In this document: one piece after another, positions 33,710 to 44,000 of the stretch | How the letters are laid out: the number at the start of each line of letters is the position of its first letter | How positions within the stretch are numbered: the first letter of the stretch is position 1 | NCBI GenBank assembly: GCA_003707115.1 | Contig: PPNB01000001.1 | Location: 744,001 to 791,684 of the forward strand | DNA from: Tortispora ganteri | Taxonomy: Eukaryota | DNA length: 47,684 nucleotides | Direction of reading: 5' to 3' | The notes under the pieces: model-generated | The model's database searches: none | The model's input: only the letters and a program-made list of their open reading frames with translations | Told to the model about the DNA's origin: nothing | Position numbers and translations under genes: made by a program

Positions 33710-34322
33710 CTTTTCGTGTAGTATATACCTGCTTTTGCATATTGGACATTGGCTCTTATACTCCGCATTGGCGCTTAAGTAAAGACGACAAAGTTTGATT
33801 TAGGTTTGCCCTTGCACAAATAAGGTGCTATGAGCCATATCCGCTTAACTAAGTTACCGGAGATTTGCATTCTAAGCGACGCGTATAATCCCTAAATATG
33901 TGTTTATTATTAAAACTAGCCACCACTAAATGATGGCGAGTATTGTCGGTTAAAGAGATCAAGATGAGTAATTCTAGTATTAGTCTTAAAAGCATCATTA
34001 AATACCAGATGGGATTAATATATTCCTATCTTAAACTTTAATAGCAAAGGATAAGTTTAGATTAAATTCCTAGACTGCTTTTTGAAACTTGGTAAAGACA
34101 TTATACCGTTTTAATCATACTTGGATATCTCACAGTGGAATACTATGGCTTAATTTTATGTAATTTATGGCTAGCTTGAACTATTGTAAATGACGAACTA
34201 GTTATTGTATCTGGAATACAAATTGATGATTTATACAAAGAATATAGATGTATATAAAGAATATAAATGTATATAAAGAAAATAAATATATATATATATC
34301 TATATCTATCGCCTCATCCAAT

Positions 34323-35960
34323 TTAATTCTTAAGAACGGCAGCAGATATCACTTTCGTATAAGCAAGAACTTCCTCGTCACGGAAATGTCTTCCTATAAG
34401 TTGAAGATCGATAGGTGCACCGGCATACTTCTCTGGAGCATTAAGATACTTTGCTCTTTGTTTAGCCTCATATTCTGTGCGTGGTTTAAACGAATCTTCT
34501 TCTGCGTCAATTTTAGGATCAACTGTTATAACAGTAGGGAATACTGATCCAGGCATATCCAGAGAATTGAATAATGTGGTATAAGCCCAGTGTTCAGTAT
34601 CATGAGACAAAGCAGCGGGTCCGAAATAAGCTGGACACAGAATAATGTCCACTCCTAGTTCCTTCATTTTAGCGTCCCATTCGATTCTGGTGGCGTTTCT
34701 AATGGCATTCTGTTCCCACTGTTCTAGAGCCGAAAGAGGTTTAGCGTAAGACAAGGCGAACTTTGTGAGTTCTAACCATGGTTCTCCAGAAATTCCAAGT
34801 GCTGTCTTTTGAGCTGATCCGTTATCTGCATAGAAAGAATTAAGAGCAACATCATAGACTTCTCTTGGCTTGATTGCTTCAAACTTCACTATCTTATGTC
34901 CGGCTTTCTCCAGCTTTTCAACTGCATCATTCATTGCACGAATAACGGGCTTGACAGGATACACGAGACCATCATCTAACATAACACCAATAGTAAGGCT
35001 CTTAGGTGTTTCCACCTTACGCCACGGCATAATGGGAATCATACAGTCAACTTCCCAAGGTTCTCCATCTGCAACAGTCTTCATGTACAAGTCCAAATCC
35101 TCGGCAGATTGTGTCATAGGACCGATAGATGGAAGAACAGTAATTTGGCCTGCACCTGCGCCAGAACGACCTTTAACAGTAATACGTTGCGCTGTTGGAC
35201 GGAGTCCGTAGCAGCCATTAAATGCAGCAGGAATACGAATTGAACCACCAATATCACTACCAATGCCAAAAGCTGATCCATGGAACCCAATAAGTGCACC
35301 TTCTCCTCCTGAGGAACCTCCTGCCGAGAGTAGACGATTAAAGGGATTCAATGTCATTCCATAAATGTTGTTAGATGAATCAGCATGCATAAGTGATTGC
35401 GGTTCATTTGTACGAACAAACGGCACAACGCCTGCCTTTTTAAGGATACTTAATTGCAAGTTGTCTTCATCAACAACGCGACCAATGAATCCAACAAATC
35501 CGGCATTGACTTCCTTGCCCTTGACCCACAAATGTTCTTTGATAGAAAGTGGAATTCCATGAAGAGGTCCAACAGTCTTTCCAGTTTCTTTGAAAGTCTT
35601 ATCTAAACTCTCGGCAATTTTCATGGCGTCATCTGCCATAAATTCAGTAACACAATTCAGTAATTGGTGTGCCATAGTGGCTCTTTTAAGGAATGCAGTC
35701 AATGTCTCAACAGCAGTGTATTTTCCTGCAGCAATCTCACCAGCCAAAATGTAAACTGGAGTTTCAGTAATAGTCAATTCCTTTTCTGTCATAAGGCCGC
35801 TCTCACGAGGCACGTTCATGACATTCAGCTGATCTGATGGAGGTAATTTGTCTTCGGGAATCAAGTATTCCTTGATGATCGAATCATCACGGATCTTACG
35901 CACCCTTTCAATCTCAGATTTCCATTGCTCGAACTTAACAGGATCTTCAGTAGTTTCCAT
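34323..35960 (-). CDS. Amidase signature family hydrolase, copy 2
   Basis: Same triad (SIKE, GGSSGG, GSDIGGSIR). Start set at METTEDP (35960) by alignment with copy 1. Confidence 0.95.
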   Translation of the reverse strand: METTEDPVKFEQWKSEIERVRKIRDDSIIKEYLIPEDKLPPSDQLNVMNVPRESGLMTEKELTITETPVYILAGEIAAGKYTAVETLTAFLKRATMAHQLLNCVTEFMADDAMKIAESLDKTFKETGKTVGPLHGIPLSIKEHLWVKGKEVNAGFVGFIGRVVDEDNLQLSILKKAGVVPFVRTNEPQSLMHADSSNNIYGMTLNPFNRLLSAGGSSGGEGALIGFHGSAFGIGSDIGGSIRIPAAFNGCYGLRPTAQRITVKGRSGAGAGQITVLPSIGPMTQSAEDLDLYMKTVADGEPWEVDCMIPIMPWRKVETPKSLTIGVMLDDGLVYPVKPVIRAMNDAVEKLEKAGHKIVKFEAIKPREVYDVALNSFYADNGSAQKTALGISGEPWLELTKFALSYAKPLSALEQWEQNAIRNATRIEWDAKMKELGVDIILCPAYFGPAALSHDTEHWAYTTLFNSLDMPGSVFPTVITVDPKIDAEEDSFKPRTEYEAKQRAKYLNAPEKYAGAPIDLQLIGRHFRDEEVLAYTKVISAAVLKN

Positions 35961-36571
35961 CTTTACTTGTAAATTAACGCACAAGTGCGATATACTGCTC
36001 CATTTATATGAGAATGAATACAACGATTCCGATAAGGTTCTCGCATAAAATTGTGCTAGACCAATGAGAAGTCAAACCTCGCTTTCACGCTAAGGTTTTT
36101 ATTTTCTTTCCCAGCGGATACTTATAGACGACAAAGATAGCTCATCTCATCCGCTTTATCTTGAATTTAGTTATTTCAAACTTCTGCGATACTGAATTGG
36201 GTTGGCTACATAGGACCGCAAAGGCAAAATCTTAACTACAAAATAGAGTAAAAGTATAATTCATATAAGCTATAACTAACTTTACCGCTCTTGGCGCAGA
36301 CCTTAGCGAGTATCCTATTTAAACCTTATGTGTTCGTAATAATATTCGTCGCTTATACGATGATTGAAATTCTGTAGACGCAAAGCGCTATCTGATACGA
36401 TAAGCGATCTTACAAGTCTATTGATACAAAAACAATCCCGGTAAGTATGTTACACTTAGGATTGATACGAGATATCGCCTAGGTTGGATTAGTTCGATCG
36501 CCTTCAGTGTTTATGAGTCTAATTACCTTATATATTTATTTTATCAGTTTAACCGTTAAGGCACTACATGC

Positions 36572-38206
36572 CTAAGCAAGGACTGTTTCAGCAATGATCT
36601 TTGTAGCAGCGAGTACTTCTTCGTCTCTGTACTGGCGTCCGAGAACCTGGAGGTTGATCGGGGCGCCTACATATTTTTCAGGCCGGTCATTGTACTTTGC
36701 TCGCTGCATAGCTTCCCATTCTGTTCGCGGCTCATAGTCGTCAGGTCCGTCTAGAGCAAGATCAACAGTTATACCAGTAGGGAAGACTGCTCCGGGCATA
36801 TCGAGGACATTGAACAAGGTACAATAAGGCCAGTGACTTTTATCACTTTGGAGAGCAGCTGGACCAAAATATGCAGGACAAATTATAACATCGACGCCTC
36901 TTTCTCTCATGAGTTTATCCCATTCAGCTCTGCATCTGTTTCTGTTGGAATTGTGTTTCCATTGCTCGACACCACTAATATTCTTGCCTAATGCTATTAT
37001 TCTCTTTGTTATAGGTAACCATGGCTCACCAGATATTCCTAACGCTTCTTTTTGTGCAGCAAACCCGTCCGCGAAGAAAGAGTTTAATGCGGCATCAAGT
37101 ATAGCCTGGTTATCGTAGCCAGTCCATTCGACTATTTGGTGTCCTGCTGCACGGAGCTTGTCTACAGTATGTTTGATACCGCGAATCATAGGAGGTACAG
37201 GGTATACGAACCCATCTTCGTACATCATGCCTATCTTAAGCTTCCTTTTCCTCTCGACCTCACGCCATGGCATAATAGGTAAAAGTCCAACATCATTCCA
37301 GGGCTCTGCATCACACAGTACTTTCATGTACAATTCTAAGTCTTCACTAGACTGTGCTAATGGGCCCAATGATGGAAGTACAGTGATTTGGCCACTACCT
37401 GCACCTGTAGTTCCTGAAGTTGGTACTCGAGCAGCAGTAGGACGGAACCCGTAGCATCCATTGTATGCAGCAGGTCCTCGAATTGACCCGCCTATATCAC
37501 TGCCAATTCCTAATGGAGATCCTCGAAAACCAATTAGTGCACCTTCACCTCCAGACGATCCGCCAGAAGATAAGTTTAAATTGAATCCGTTCTTACACAT
37601 CCCCCATATATTGTTGTTTGTGTCGCCATGCATTAATGTCTGTGGCTCATTAGTGCGTGCAAACATTATAGCACCAGCGTCTTTAAATATCTTCACGTGA
37701 GGATTATCTGTTTCGGGAATCTTACCTATAAACCCTACAAAACCACCATTACATTCTTTGCCTTTCATCCAAATATGTTCTTTAACAGACATTGGCAATC
37801 CGTGCAGCGGTCCTACTGTCTTGCCGGTCTCCTTGTAGTATGTATCTAGTTCTTTTGCCTTTGTTAATGCCTCTTCAGTCAAGAATTCAGTCACACAATT
37901 GAGCAACTGTTGAGCAATTGTAGCACGTTTCATGAACGCAATCAGAACTTCTTCTGCTGAAAGCTCGCCGTCAGCTATCTGAGCAACTAAATCTACAGCA
38001 GTTGTTTCGGTAATCTTGAGCTCTTTTTTGGACATAGTACCGGCTTCGTATGGAACATTGATAACATTCATTCTGTCGGATGGAGGCAGCTTATCTTCAG
38101 GAATAAGATACTCCTTTACGATCGAATTATCTCTGATCTTTCTAACGCGCTCTATTTCTGGTTTCCATTGCTCAAATTTTACAGGGTCCTCAGTAGTTTC
38201 GAACAT
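36572..38206 (-). CDS. Amidase signature family hydrolase, copy 3 (more divergent)
   Basis: SVKE, GGSSGGEG, GSDIGGSIR; colinear with copies 1 and 2 but synonymous sites differ throughout. Confidence 0.95.
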   Translation of the reverse strand: MFETTEDPVKFEQWKPEIERVRKIRDNSIVKEYLIPEDKLPPSDRMNVINVPYEAGTMSKKELKITETTAVDLVAQIADGELSAEEVLIAFMKRATIAQQLLNCVTEFLTEEALTKAKELDTYYKETGKTVGPLHGLPMSVKEHIWMKGKECNGGFVGFIGKIPETDNPHVKIFKDAGAIMFARTNEPQTLMHGDTNNNIWGMCKNGFNLNLSSGGSSGGEGALIGFRGSPLGIGSDIGGSIRGPAAYNGCYGFRPTAARVPTSGTTGAGSGQITVLPSLGPLAQSSEDLELYMKVLCDAEPWNDVGLLPIMPWREVERKRKLKIGMMYEDGFVYPVPPMIRGIKHTVDKLRAAGHQIVEWTGYDNQAILDAALNSFFADGFAAQKEALGISGEPWLPITKRIIALGKNISGVEQWKHNSNRNRCRAEWDKLMRERGVDVIICPAYFGPAALQSDKSHWPYCTLFNVLDMPGAVFPTGITVDLALDGPDDYEPRTEWEAMQRAKYNDRPEKYVGAPINLQVLGRQYRDEEVLAATKIIAETVLA

Positions 38207-38416
38207 GGTTATTACCTGAATAAGTTACACATCGCAATTATACAAATATTTATACAATAAAAAATACGGCTCAAACATACTTGCAGCGCTAAGTTCGCGT
38301 GTACGCGGGGTTAAATAAAAAAAAAAAACTTTAATAAATATACAGTTACAAGTTTATATGATAATAGACTGATAAGGAGAAACGGAAAAGTAACACAGAA
38401 ATGGCAGTAAACAGGC

Positions 38417-40408
38417 TTATAAGCGTGATTTTGAAGCAAAAGCAGTACGCAGACGCAAAACATCCTTCTTATAGTCTTCTTTGTTGACAGCGTTGTGATT
38501 CTTTGCGATATTTAGTAGGTTTGCATATACGTTTCCATCGTACCTGCCAAGAGAGGAGTTGAGCTCATAGTCTGTGAACCCAAATGCATCAGTGAATGCG
38601 ATAAGCTTTGGCGAAAATCCCGCTACTGCTTCGCTGAAAAGTTCACGAATGATGCTAGCACCAGAAGGCGCAAGACCTCCACCTTCTTCTAGCAGTTCAG
38701 CCAAGCTACGGCTCAAGACAAACAACAAGTACACTTGAAGTGGCAAGTTAAGTTCAGTCACAATCTGTGCTTTACGGAACATTTCGCGACCTACATGCCA
38801 TTCAGCATGAGATCTAGTAAGTATCATAGTGTCCATACTATACTTAGCAAGATCAGGTTCAGCTCCTTGAGAAGAAGAATCACGCTTTATCTTATTGAGC
38901 AACTTAAAAGCGTTATTACGCACACGCGACTCAAGCAAACGGATCAAGATACGCGGATTTGATAAGTATTCTTTAGCTTCAAATGGATCACCTTTACCAT
39001 ATTCATTAGATGTCTTACGTGTGCTGCCAAAGTAACCGTATTTATCAGGTACATTGAGCACGCCTCCATCCTTATACACACGTTTTGCATACCTAAGAAT
39101 ATCACGAGCGGTTTGCTGGGCAATAACATAGTTCTCACCTTCATAAGTCTGACTTGGTATTAGTGACGCAAGAATAGCGCCTATACCATTCTGTTCCAGC
39201 ATACCGTGGCCACCAAGAGCCTTGCGACAGTCCTCAATCATCATTACACATTCGGTAGTCGTGAGAACTTTCAAAAACGACGACTTAATGTGCAAATCTG
39301 CTAGTCTTTTTGTGTTCTTTTGAAGCAGCTCTTCGCTAAACACCTTGAACTCCTCAGCCATCTGGTTTCCAATAATGCAGAATGCGTAAGCGGTCGCAAC
39401 AGCTGGAGCGATCCTCTCAGCAACGCCCGGGTACGTGATCACCTGACGTTCAATGCCCCTGAGTCGATCTCCGGGTGCAGCAAATTGGCGACGAATAGCA
39501 GTATACCTAGAAGCAATAGTTGCAGCTTTAGCAAGATTTTTGCCAAATCCGGCTACGATATTGGCACGCAGAGCAAGCATGGATCCGTACGATAGTTTCG
39601 GATGCACAGGCGGTAAGTATTTGCCATCAGGAGTCACATTCGAGAACCTGTTCAGCATATTTTCGCGCGGGATCCGCACTTTATTGACGCCTAAAAACCC
39701 GTTGTCCACAGTAGAATATGAATTGAGCACTTTTGCGCCGATATCGCCGACAGTGACTCCTGGCAGTACATTGTGTGTCTTCATGTCACGTATAGGCGTT
39801 ACAAATAAATGTGGACCGTAGTTCTTTCCATCAATAAACAACTGTGCTTGTATAAGACACGTGTTTGCAGTGACACCAAGATTACCAATCCAAAACTTGT
39901 AAGACTCTTCGCGCGGAGAATTCATTATAAATTCTTGAGTCTTTTTATCGTAAGTAGCAGTTGTTTCAAGACGCTGGACATTAGATCCATGAGCAATCTC
40001 GGTCTGGCCGTAACATCCAACCATCTGATAAGTCGAATAAAGTGGTTTCCATTTAGCGATCTGCTCATCAGAGCCTTGACTCTCGATAACAGGAACGAAT
40101 GCCTTTTCGTGAAGAGCTACCGAGAAGTCATTGGTAAAGAGCGACATTAGTTCCATAAATTCAGAGGGTGAAAGATTAAGTTCATCACGAAGTTTAAGCG
40201 CTTCATAAGTCGCATTGAAAGTGACATGCAGAGTTTCAGTTCGTGATAAGTCTACGAGATTACGCTTGTCGAAAGCTGGCTTTGACTTCAAAATCTGTAC
40301 AAAGCTATCTAATCTCTCTCGCTCACCTGGTTTCCATATACACTTTTTTAATTCATTGATTTCTTTTACAGAAAGTTGTTTTCTTGCAGAAACTAAATCT
40401 GCATTCAT
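38417..40408 (-). CDS. Peroxisomal acyl-CoA oxidase (ACOX1/AoxA type) with PTS1
   Basis: GCYGQTEIAHGSNV..LETTATYD, K.W.G.LG, DNGFL, CRKALGGHG, TYEGEN (catalytic Glu), LGRYDGNVY; ends -SRL. Confidence 0.93.
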   Translation of the reverse strand: MNADLVSARKQLSVKEINELKKCIWKPGERERLDSFVQILKSKPAFDKRNLVDLSRTETLHVTFNATYEALKLRDELNLSPSEFMELMSLFTNDFSVALHEKAFVPVIESQGSDEQIAKWKPLYSTYQMVGCYGQTEIAHGSNVQRLETTATYDKKTQEFIMNSPREESYKFWIGNLGVTANTCLIQAQLFIDGKNYGPHLFVTPIRDMKTHNVLPGVTVGDIGAKVLNSYSTVDNGFLGVNKVRIPRENMLNRFSNVTPDGKYLPPVHPKLSYGSMLALRANIVAGFGKNLAKAATIASRYTAIRRQFAAPGDRLRGIERQVITYPGVAERIAPAVATAYAFCIIGNQMAEEFKVFSEELLQKNTKRLADLHIKSSFLKVLTTTECVMMIEDCRKALGGHGMLEQNGIGAILASLIPSQTYEGENYVIAQQTARDILRYAKRVYKDGGVLNVPDKYGYFGSTRKTSNEYGKGDPFEAKEYLSNPRILIRLLESRVRNNAFKLLNKIKRDSSSQGAEPDLAKYSMDTMILTRSHAEWHVGREMFRKAQIVTELNLPLQVYLLFVLSRSLAELLEEGGGLAPSGASIIRELFSEAVAGFSPKLIAFTDAFGFTDYELNSSLGRYDGNVYANLLNIAKNHNAVNKEDYKKDVLRLRTAFASKSRL

Positions 40409-40470
40409 TTTCAGCTCACTGAAAGAAAAATCCCTGAAAATATCATGTCATTTATATGTTATTCGCTTCG

Positions 40471-40505
40471 CCTCGGCATAAAACTCTATTCAAGATTTTG
40501 CGGGG
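40471..40505. promoter_or_regulatory. CCTCGG element and Mig1/CreA-type GC box upstream of the acyl-CoA oxidase gene
   Basis: CCTCGG at 40471-40476, 63 bp upstream of the ATG and next to TATAAA (- strand, about 40451-40456); TTTTGCGGGG at about 40496-40505. Confidence 0.5.
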
Positions 40506-41020
40506 TTGGGTTCATAGTCTGTTTAAGATCACATTATCCGATTAGAGCGCACATAACCGAAAAATAAGTACACAATCAAGAATTCTCTGTTGAAAAATAA
40601 ATCAATTCAATCCCAAAATAAAATACTATACTTAGAAACGTTTTTACCGTGGTGTTTTTCTTTTCTTGGTTACTCTTTGAAAGGTTTTCTTAAAGAAGTA
40701 CAGTAATTATCGAAAATATGGAATCATCCCAATCGGGTATCTGTTCCTTAACCACTGATGGCCTTGGAAACCTTTGTCAGCAATACATTCTTACACATTT
40801 CATTATCGTCTATACAATCGCACTAGCAAAAGTTTGCCATAAATTATTAATTTTTTTCCATTGATTTACGTTTAGCTCTTAACTAGAAATTTAAAAATTG
40901 ACTCTTCTTTTTCTTCCCGCTAATATATTAACAGAATTGTTTCGTCGATGTTGCCCTAACCCTGATATCTCTATATACCAAACACCTAGGCGCGTTCCTG
41001 CTATTCCCATTATCCCCATT

Positions 41021-44000
41021 ATGGCTCGCGGTTCTTTGAAAGTAAAGCTGCGCGACGCAAATCAGCCCTCCATCACGAGTTTTTTCTCGAAATTGAAGAC
41101 ACCCGTGAAATCAAAACCAGATTTTACCACAACACCCGTTACGGTAGCTGCAGAAACCCAAAACGACATACCTACGCCTTCTTCAGAGGCGCGTAGCGAT
41201 AACGCGACTACTGATCCACAATCTTCACCACTTAAAGAACGTCAACCGGAACATAAGCTAACATCTTCACCATTATCTGAATCTGCAACTGCCCATCTGC
41301 AGTCTCCACCACCTACTTCACCAGACGCGTCAGATGAAGAACCTGCTGTGCAAATAAACAAACGTCGACGCGTTATCGATTCAGATGACGAAAACGAGTA
41401 TAAGCAATCTTCTAGAGAAGTATCAGATTCTGACGCGTCTGATGGCGATTTGGCACCTACAGATACCAAAATTCCTGTGCCTACTAAAAAGGCGCGTCCA
41501 ACGTCTTCTTCCATTGCAAAATACTCGTCCGGAACAAGCTACACTGCGTCTTCTGCAAAACCGACACACGCGTCTAAGCCTACACCGAAACGCGATTTTG
41601 AGAAAACAAACGAAGAACGATACTCCTGGCTGCTAGATGTTCGCGATGCAGATAAGAACCCGGTGGGTCACAAGGACTACGACCCACGTACTCTCTATAT
41701 TCCTCCATCTGCCTGGTCGAAGTTCACGCCGTTTGAAAAACAGTACTGGGAAATTAAAAGCAAAATGTGGAATACTGTCGTGTTTTTCAAGAAAGGAAAA
41801 TTTTACGAATTATATGAAAACGATGCTGAGATCGCAAGCTCAAAATTTGACCTTAAACTTGCTGGCGGTGGTAGAGCCAATATGCGTTTATGTGGCGTCC
41901 CAGAAATGTCTTTTGATTACTGGGCGTCTTCTTTTATTGCGCAAGGATACAAAGTCGCCCGTGTCGATCAGAAAGAATCTCTATTAGCTAAAGAAATGCG
42001 TGATTCTAAATCTGGCTCTAAAGAAGACAAAATTGTCAAACGCGAACTCAAATGCGTTCTTACCGGCGGCACCCTTGTCGACAGTGCAATGATATCTGAT
42101 GATCTTGCTATTTATTGTATGGCTATAAAAGAAATTTTACGTCCAACTAGCGGACCGGTTATTGGTCTCTGTATTGTTGACACTGCTACCGGAATGTTCC
42201 AGATCGCAGAGTTTGAAGATGACATGAATTACACGCGATTTGAAACAATTCTCGCTCAAGTGCGACCAAAGGAACTGCTTCTTGAAAAGAATGGCCTTTC
42301 AAGAGCTGCACTTCATATAATTAAGAATAATACTTCTACAGGCGTTATCTACAATTACCTTAAACCAATCACAGAGTTTTGGTCAGCTCAAATTACAGAA
42401 GAAGAAATTGCGCGAGCTAAGTACTTTAAGTCAAACGATCATGACGATAGGTCACATTGGCCTACTGCAATTAAGTCAGTACTGAACAGCAAAGAAGCTG
42501 CAATGTCTGCAATCGGTGCACTTTTGTGGTACCTACGGACGTTGAATATAGACGAACAGCTGGTATCTATTGGTAACTTCTCAGCTTACGATCCGCTTGT
42601 AAAAGCGAACAACATGGTCCTCGATGGCCAATCGCTGCAGAACCTTGAGATATTTGTTAATTGCTTTGACGGTTCTGAAACTGGTACTCTTTTCCAGTTT
42701 ATTAATCGTTGCACGACATCATTCGGTAAACGGATGCTGCGTAATTGGCTGTGTCGACCACTTTATAGTATTTCTCATATAAACGCCCGACTGGACTCTA
42801 TTGATCAACTTATCGAAGACTACACGCTCCAAGAATCCGTAGAGCGCCTGCTTGTTTCTCTTCCTGACCTTGAGCGTTTGTTATCGCGAATTCATGCCCT
42901 GAATTGCAAACCTAAAGACTTTTTGCGTGTTATTGAAGGTCTTGAACAGATCGCCGTGAATATGCAGAAAATCAAAAACCAGGAAATTCGTGGTGAATTG
43001 AAAACAGTAGTAGAAAGCATGCCGAGCCTAGATTCTGACCTTGAGCCCTGGATAGATGCATTTGATCGACAAAAACTGCTTGACGAAGGGATAATTATTC
43101 CGCGAGAAGGATTTGAACCTGATTTTGATGCTAGTCTTGGTGTTATTAAAGAGATAGAAGCACGTCTGCATCACCAGTTACGTGAATACCGCCGAATGCT
43201 GAAATCTCAGGATGTGATTTTCAAAGACAGTGGCAAGGAGATTTATCTTATTGAAGTTCCATTGAAATTAGTATCTTCTGTCCCGAGAGACTGGCTTCAA
43301 ATGGGCGCTACTGCTAAGACTAAACGATTTTGGTCACCTGAAGTGAGACTACTAGCACGTGAACTCATGGAAGCACGTGAACTACATAAGATAAAAGAAA
43401 TGGGCATTCAGAACAAATTGTACGAGATGTTTGCTACTAAATACGACACGTGGATTTCTGCTGTGGACGTTGTTGCTAAGATTGACTGCCTTTTGAGTAT
43501 TTCTAAAGCGTCTTCAGGACTAGGAGTACCTAGCTGCAGACCCGAGTTTGTGGATGAAGAAAGAAGTGTTTTGGAATTCAGAGAACTACGACATCCTTGT
43601 ATTTGCTCTAACACTGAATTCATTCCTAACGATATAGCGCTCGGGGGCTGTAATGCTAAACTGAATTTGTTGACTGGAGCCAATGCTGCTGGCAAATCGA
43701 CAGTACTACGCATGACTTGCATAGCGGTGATTTTAGCTCAGATGGGATGCTACGTCCCTGCTGAAAGCTGTCGAATGACACCCGTAGATCGTATAATGAC
43801 GCGACTTGGTGCGAATGACAATATTCTTGCTGGTCAGAGTACTTTTTATGTCGAACTGGCAGAAACGAAGAAGATACTTGCGGATGCTACAGATAGGACA
43901 TTACTTGTTATTGATGAACTTGGTCGTGGAGGTAGCAGTTTTGACGGGTTTGCGATTGCTGAATCGGTACTGCACCATATTGCTACACATATTGGTAGTC

